Source of the DNA: Candidatus Magasanikiibacteriota bacterium
Lineage (GTDB): Bacteria; Patescibacteriota; Patescibacteriia; Magasanikbacterales; GWA2-37-8
NCBI GenBank assembly: GCA_943359595.1
Contig: CALRIA010000003.1
Coordinates: 3,179-67,178 of the forward strand
DNA length: 64,000 nucleotides
Direction of reading: 5' to 3'
In this document: positions 59,956 to 64,000 of the stretch, piece after piece
How positions within the stretch are numbered: position 1 is the first letter of the stretch
Layout of the letters: each line of letters opens with the position of its first letter
Notes under the pieces: generated by a model
The model's input: only the letters and a program-made list of their open reading frames with translations
Told to the model about the DNA's origin: nothing
Databases searched by the model: none
Translations under genes and position numbers: made by a program

Positions 59956-60340
59956 TAAAAATGGATTCGCCGTCTTGATCGGCGTCTTGATTGTCGGCGC
60001 TTTTGGCACGGCAGTAGTTTTGTATTTAATATTGTCAGGTATATATTCTTATCAAAATAGTTTTATTTTAGAGCAATCTAATATTGCCAAGACAACGGCC
60101 AATGCTTGCGCTGAAATCGCTTTAAATAAAATCCAGCTATGTTCTTCAACTGTTGGAATAGGAAGTGCTCAAATTGGAAGTTCCACCTGTAACTATGAAA
60201 TTATCAACAATGGCAACCAATCCAGAACTATACAAGTATCTTCACAAATAGGCACAATTACTAGAAAAGCAAAAATATTGGTTGACAAAATCAATCCAAA
60301 AATTACAATTAATTCTTGGCAGGAAGTAGCCTCATTCTAA
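59927..60340 (+). CDS. PilX-like minor pilin (N-terminal PilX_N-type helix)
   Basis: 'NKNGFAVLIGVLIVGAFGTAVVLYL' resembles the PilX N-terminus. Overlaps the previous gene by about 29 nt. Start uncertain. Confidence 0.55.
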   Translation: MTQPRYDNLNKNGFAVLIGVLIVGAFGTAVVLYLILSGIYSYQNSFILEQSNIAKTTANACAEIALNKIQLCSSTVGIGSAQIGSSTCNYEIINNGNQSRTIQVSSQIGTITRKAKILVDKINPKITINSWQEVASF

Positions 60341-60423
60341 CCGACACCTTAACTCTATAATTAAAAAATGATATAATGATAAGTAGTATCAAAAACTTTA
60401 AAAAATTAATTATTTATATAAAT

Positions 60424-60864
60424 ATGAAAAATATAAACAAAAAAGGCTTTACACTTTTGGAAATTTTATTGGTTGTTGCAGCTATCGCCATCTTAGCCGG
60501 CATAGTAATCGTTGCTATTAACCCTGGCAAACAATTGGCCGATACTCGTAACGCCCAAAGACAAGTTAATGTGAATACAATTTTAAACGGCGTCTACCAA
60601 TATTCTATTGATAATAAAGGCGTGCTGCCCGTTGGCATCACCCAAACTCCTACTGAAATCTGTAAGACTGGTGGCAATTGTCTTAATTTAATAGACCTGT
60701 CAGTTCTAACTACTAATGAAACATATCTAACCGCCATTCCAACTGATCCAACCGGCGTAAGTGCCAACGGCACTGGTTATAAAATTCAACAAAGTGTCAA
60801 CGGTCGCATTACCATCTCTGCACCTTCAGCCGAACAAGGGAAAACCATCAGTGTTACCAGATAA
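60424..60864 (+). CDS. pilA: Type IV pilin, PilA-like (candidate major pilin)
   Basis: 'MKNINKKG|FTLLEILLVVAAIAILAGIVIVAINPG' is a classic type IVa pilin N-terminus. 146 aa. Confidence 0.8.
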   Translation: MKNINKKGFTLLEILLVVAAIAILAGIVIVAINPGKQLADTRNAQRQVNVNTILNGVYQYSIDNKGVLPVGITQTPTEICKTGGNCLNLIDLSVLTTNETYLTAIPTDPTGVSANGTGYKIQQSVNGRITISAPSAEQGKTISVTR

Positions 60865-60878
60865 TTATTTATAAAAAA

Positions 60879-62528
60879 ATGGGCAAAAACAACTCTGGCT
60901 TTACCCTCCTAGAAATATTATTGGTAGTCGCTGCTATCGCAATTTTAGCAGGTATTGTTATTGTTGCCATTAATCCTGGTAAACAACTAGGAGCGACTAG
61001 AAATGCAGCCAGACAGTCGGATGTTAGCTCTATTCTTAATGCGGTATACCAATATTCTTTGGATAATAGCGGGTTATTTCCTCCAAACATAGATACAAAT
61101 TTAAGAATGCTCGGTACCAATGTTTCTGGTTGTGGAGTAATTTGTGGTCCAGTGGCTAATAGTAACACCAGCAGCCAATCAGTGCCAGTAAATTTTGCCG
61201 ACATTAATCAAACTACATTTGCTGGTACTTATACCAATAGCACATATAATACCAATAATAGTCTGATAAACCTTTCCTCTAACCAGATAACTGGTACTTA
61301 TACTTCAGATGTGAAAGATTCAGCCGGTGATACTACTTGGGCTACATTAGCTTGGGTGCCAAATCGTCCGACCGGGAAACCTTTACCAAATAATGCTCAA
61401 TCTGAAACCGCCTATCCAACCGGTAATGCCAATATGACTGGGGATGTATTGCTCATGCATTTAGATGAAAGCTCTGGCGCTACAAGTTTTGCTGATAATT
61501 CCGGTAGTAATAATAACGGAAGTTGTGCAAACCCAAACTGTCCTACTATGGCGACAGGCAAACTCGGTAATGCGCCAACTTTTTCTGCAGGAACCAATCC
61601 GATTTCCATACCTCATAGTGCCAGTTTAAATTTAACTAATCAATTTACTTTAGGCGCGTGGTTTTATCAAATTGCCACTTCAAGCTGGACAAGCTACGGT
61701 CACTTAATTGGTAAAGGTGTTGGTTTTAGTCCTCCTTCTGGATCTTTCTCCATCAGTGGAAATAGTTATTGGCGAGTATTCCTAGTTGACCCAGTCAAAA
61801 ATTCTTATCAGTACCAAGATGGTACTTGGATTGGATACAACTCTTGGCAACATATGGTTTTTACTTTTGATAATGGTACTGGAAAAATTTATTTAAATGG
61901 TTCTTTGCTTTCAACAAAAATCTTCTCATTCACATCTATTAGAACAAATAATCTTCCAGTACAAATCGGCTATGGACAATACAATGGTTTGGTTGATGAA
62001 GTTATTATTTTTAATCGCCCAATATCAGCTACTGAAGTAGCTGATATTTACAAACGTGGTGCTCTAAGTCTCAAACACCAAGTACGGTCTTGTGTTAATG
62101 CCAGCTGTTCCGATGGAACTTTTGTCGGACCAGATGGTACTGCCAAAAGTTATTATTCCGAAGCTAATAATAATTTAATTTCTACACCGTCGATATCTTT
62201 GACTAACATATCTAGCAATCGTTATTTTCAATATAAATCTTTTTTGGATAGCCCTGGTTCATCTATAACTCCTGAATTAAAAAGCGTAGCAATTGGTGGT
62301 ACACAATCGGTAATACAGGGTGGTGGAAATACTCCATCTTCAACGATAGCAGGTTGTCTGGACCTGTCTCCAACTCTTTCACCAACATACATTACCTCTA
62401 TTCCATTTGATCCTAAAACCGGCAGTAATAATCAAACCTATTATGCCATACAGAAAACATCTAATGGCAGAGTAAACGTACAGGCCTGCTCAGCAGAAAA
62501 CAACGAAGTTATTAATGTGACAAGATAA
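60879..62528 (+). CDS. Pilin-domain protein fused to a LamG/concanavalin-like lectin domain (candidate pilus adhesin)
   Basis: The N-terminal 60 aa are near-identical to the preceding PilA ('MGKNNSG|FTLLEILLVVAAIAILAGIVIVAINPGKQL'). The middle region is 'FTLGAWFY...YWRVFL...WQHMVFTFDNGTGKIYLNGSLL' (LamG-like). The C-terminus parallels the PilA C-terminus ('NGRVNVQACSAENNEVINVTR'). Confidence 0.8.
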   Translation: MGKNNSGFTLLEILLVVAAIAILAGIVIVAINPGKQLGATRNAARQSDVSSILNAVYQYSLDNSGLFPPNIDTNLRMLGTNVSGCGVICGPVANSNTSSQSVPVNFADINQTTFAGTYTNSTYNTNNSLINLSSNQITGTYTSDVKDSAGDTTWATLAWVPNRPTGKPLPNNAQSETAYPTGNANMTGDVLLMHLDESSGATSFADNSGSNNNGSCANPNCPTMATGKLGNAPTFSAGTNPISIPHSASLNLTNQFTLGAWFYQIATSSWTSYGHLIGKGVGFSPPSGSFSISGNSYWRVFLVDPVKNSYQYQDGTWIGYNSWQHMVFTFDNGTGKIYLNGSLLSTKIFSFTSIRTNNLPVQIGYGQYNGLVDEVIIFNRPISATEVADIYKRGALSLKHQVRSCVNASCSDGTFVGPDGTAKSYYSEANNNLISTPSISLTNISSNRYFQYKSFLDSPGSSITPELKSVAIGGTQSVIQGGGNTPSSTIAGCLDLSPTLSPTYITSIPFDPKTGSNNQTYYAIQKTSNGRVNVQACSAENNEVINVTR

Positions 62529-62532
62529 ATTT

Positions 62533-63759
62533 ATGCAATTAAATAACTACGTTATTATTATGTTGGCTGAAAGTTTACTCGTATTGATTTTATTATTTTT
62601 ATATTTACGATTATCTGCAAATTCAAATCTAATTTTGAATGAATTCAAAAAAACAAAAATTAAAATTGAAAAAGATAAGGCCAAAGAAGAAGCGATGCTT
62701 TCAAGTATAGGTGACGGTGTAGTAGCCACTGATAAAAATGGAATCATAATTTTCTTTAATCAGGCAGCTAGAGATATGCTATCTTGGGAAAATAATATGA
62801 TGGGGAAAAAATTAGGAGAAATATCGTTATTAGCTAATGAAAAAGGTGTTCATGTTCCATTAGAAAAACACCCTTTACATCTATCTTTAGTTAAACGAAA
62901 AAAAATAATCACTTCGGATTATCATTTTATTCGAAAAGACAATATAAACATGGCAGTTTATATTAGTGCCATGCCCATAATATTAAAAAATGAGATTGTC
63001 GGCGCCATCGAAGTATTTAGAAATATCACCCAAGAAAAAGAAATTGATAAAATAAAAAGTGAATTTGTATTTTTAGCTTCGCACCAGCTACGTACTCCGC
63101 TATCTACTATCAACTGGTACGTAGAGATGCTACTATCGGGCGATGCCGGACCAATTAACGATGACCAAAAAAAATATCTTCAAGAAGTTTATGCCGGAAA
63201 TCATCGTATGGTAGAAATGGTCAACGATTTGCTCAATGTTTCTCGTCTAGATTTAGGTACATTATCGGTTCAACTAGTGCCGGTTAATATAGTTGAATTA
63301 ATTACTGAATCAGAAAAAGAAGTGGCTGGTCTAATTGAAGATAAAAAATTAAATATAAATAAAAAAATCCCTTCTGATCTACCAGAAATAAATTCAGATA
63401 TCAAAATGATGCGCATGTTATTACAGAACTTAATTACCAACGCTATCAAATATACACCTCCTAATGGCAACATCAACATAGGCATAGAGCTACAAAATAA
63501 AAAAGAATATTTATTGACTATAGCTGACACTGGTTACGGCATACCAGTCGCAGCTCAAGATAAAATATTTACCAAACTTTTCCGCGCAGAAAACGTAATG
63601 GAAAAAGAAATTACTGGCACAGGTTTAGGATTATATATGGTGAAATCTATAGTTGAACAGTTAAATGGAAAAATTTGGTTCGAATCAAAAGAAAACATTG
63701 GCACCAAATTTTTTGTATCTTTTCCATTTAAACCAATAATAAAGAAAAAAGTAGTTTGA
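62533..63759 (+). CDS. Sensor histidine kinase with N-terminal TM and PAS-like domain
   Basis: H-box 'ASHQLRTPLSTINWYVEML'. HATPase_c N, G1 and G2 boxes ('LLQNLITNAIKY', 'IADTGYGI', 'GTGLGLYMVKSIV'). Confidence 0.85.
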   Translation: MQLNNYVIIMLAESLLVLILLFLYLRLSANSNLILNEFKKTKIKIEKDKAKEEAMLSSIGDGVVATDKNGIIIFFNQAARDMLSWENNMMGKKLGEISLLANEKGVHVPLEKHPLHLSLVKRKKIITSDYHFIRKDNINMAVYISAMPIILKNEIVGAIEVFRNITQEKEIDKIKSEFVFLASHQLRTPLSTINWYVEMLLSGDAGPINDDQKKYLQEVYAGNHRMVEMVNDLLNVSRLDLGTLSVQLVPVNIVELITESEKEVAGLIEDKKLNINKKIPSDLPEINSDIKMMRMLLQNLITNAIKYTPPNGNINIGIELQNKKEYLLTIADTGYGIPVAAQDKIFTKLFRAENVMEKEITGTGLGLYMVKSIVEQLNGKIWFESKENIGTKFFVSFPFKPIIKKKVV

Positions 63760-63760
63760 T

Positions 63761-64000
63761 ATGAAAAAACTATCAAAAAAAATCCTAATAATAGAAAACG
63801 AGTTAGCTACTAGACGAATTTTGGTAGATAAGTTAACACATGAAAAATTTTTGGTATCAGAAGCAAGTGACGGCAAAGATGGCTTAGATAAAGCCTTTAA
63901 TGAGCACCCTGATCTAATAACCCTTGACCTATTCATGCCAAAAATGAACGGTTTGGAAGTTTTAAAAAAGCTGCATGAAGATTCCTGGGGCAAGCAGGTT
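63761..64000 (+). CDS. Response regulator receiver domain protein (3'-partial, runs off the window)
   Basis: ATG immediately after the HK stop. 'KILIIENELATRRIL...DLITLDLFMPKMNGLEVL' receiver motifs. No stop before the window end. Confidence 0.75.
   Translation, partial: MKKLSKKILIIENELATRRILVDKLTHEKFLVSEASDGKDGLDKAFNEHPDLITLDLFMPKMNGLEVLKKLHEDSWGKQV

Overview
The window is AT-rich (about 30% GC judged by eye) with a compact, streamlined gene layout, and its content fits a Patescibacteria/CPR-like genome. This is an inference from gene content, not from a search.

Housekeeping genes, left to right:
- A zur-znuACB-like metal-uptake cluster (ZnuA truncated at the window edge).
- tRNA-Gly, efp with epmA, and a tightly packed rpsF-ssb-rpsR operon.
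- ychF, trpS, rlmH, a GT4 glycosyltransferase, tgt and uvrD.

There are two separate type IV pilus-like gene sets:
- Set 1 (6957-12290) is pilB-pilC-pilM-pilN-pilO plus a small membrane protein.
- Set 2 (54933-62528) has a response regulator, pilB2, a PilC with a C-terminal SH3b extension, four minor pilins, a PilA-like pilin and a pilin-LamG fusion, followed by a histidine kinase and response regulator.

A surface-protein block (15429-27606) holds giant secreted proteins: an 1808-aa LVIVD-repeat protein, a 967-aa FN3 protein, a DUF916-like protein, and a Wzy_C/O-antigen-ligase-like membrane protein with TPR repeats.

The most unusual region is an accessory island of roughly 11 kb (about 33.0-44.35 kb):
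- It is bracketed by two co-oriented tRNA-Ser genes whose 3' halves are near-identical.
- It contains a co-directional five-gene block. This is an AAA_21 ATPase and an RloB/Toprim-like protein (a split OLD/AbiL-like pair) with a 408-aa unknown protein 5 nt downstream that carries UDG-superfamily-like motifs, then a 208-aa unknown protein and an Mrr_cat nuclease-domain protein.
- It contains two membrane or lipoprotein genes.
- It ends in a small integrative module: a perfect consensus sigma70 promoter, a 15-bp perfect hairpin in the leader, an HUH rolling-circle Rep, a 60-aa ORF, and a large serine recombinase whose ORF reads into tRNA-Ser(TGA).

Three short GC-rich cassettes (about 2.95-3.26 kb, 33.78-34.4 kb and 52.3-52.74 kb) each carry one small minus-strand ORF with an AGGAG-type ribosome-binding site and a hairpin terminator. 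They look foreign or are unrecognised structured RNAs.

The 27.6-28.5 kb intergenic region carries three copies of an AATGTTTC-N4-GAAACATT palindrome.

No rRNA genes and no CRISPR array were seen. All coordinates and motif calls were made by eye. No homology search or statistic was computed.
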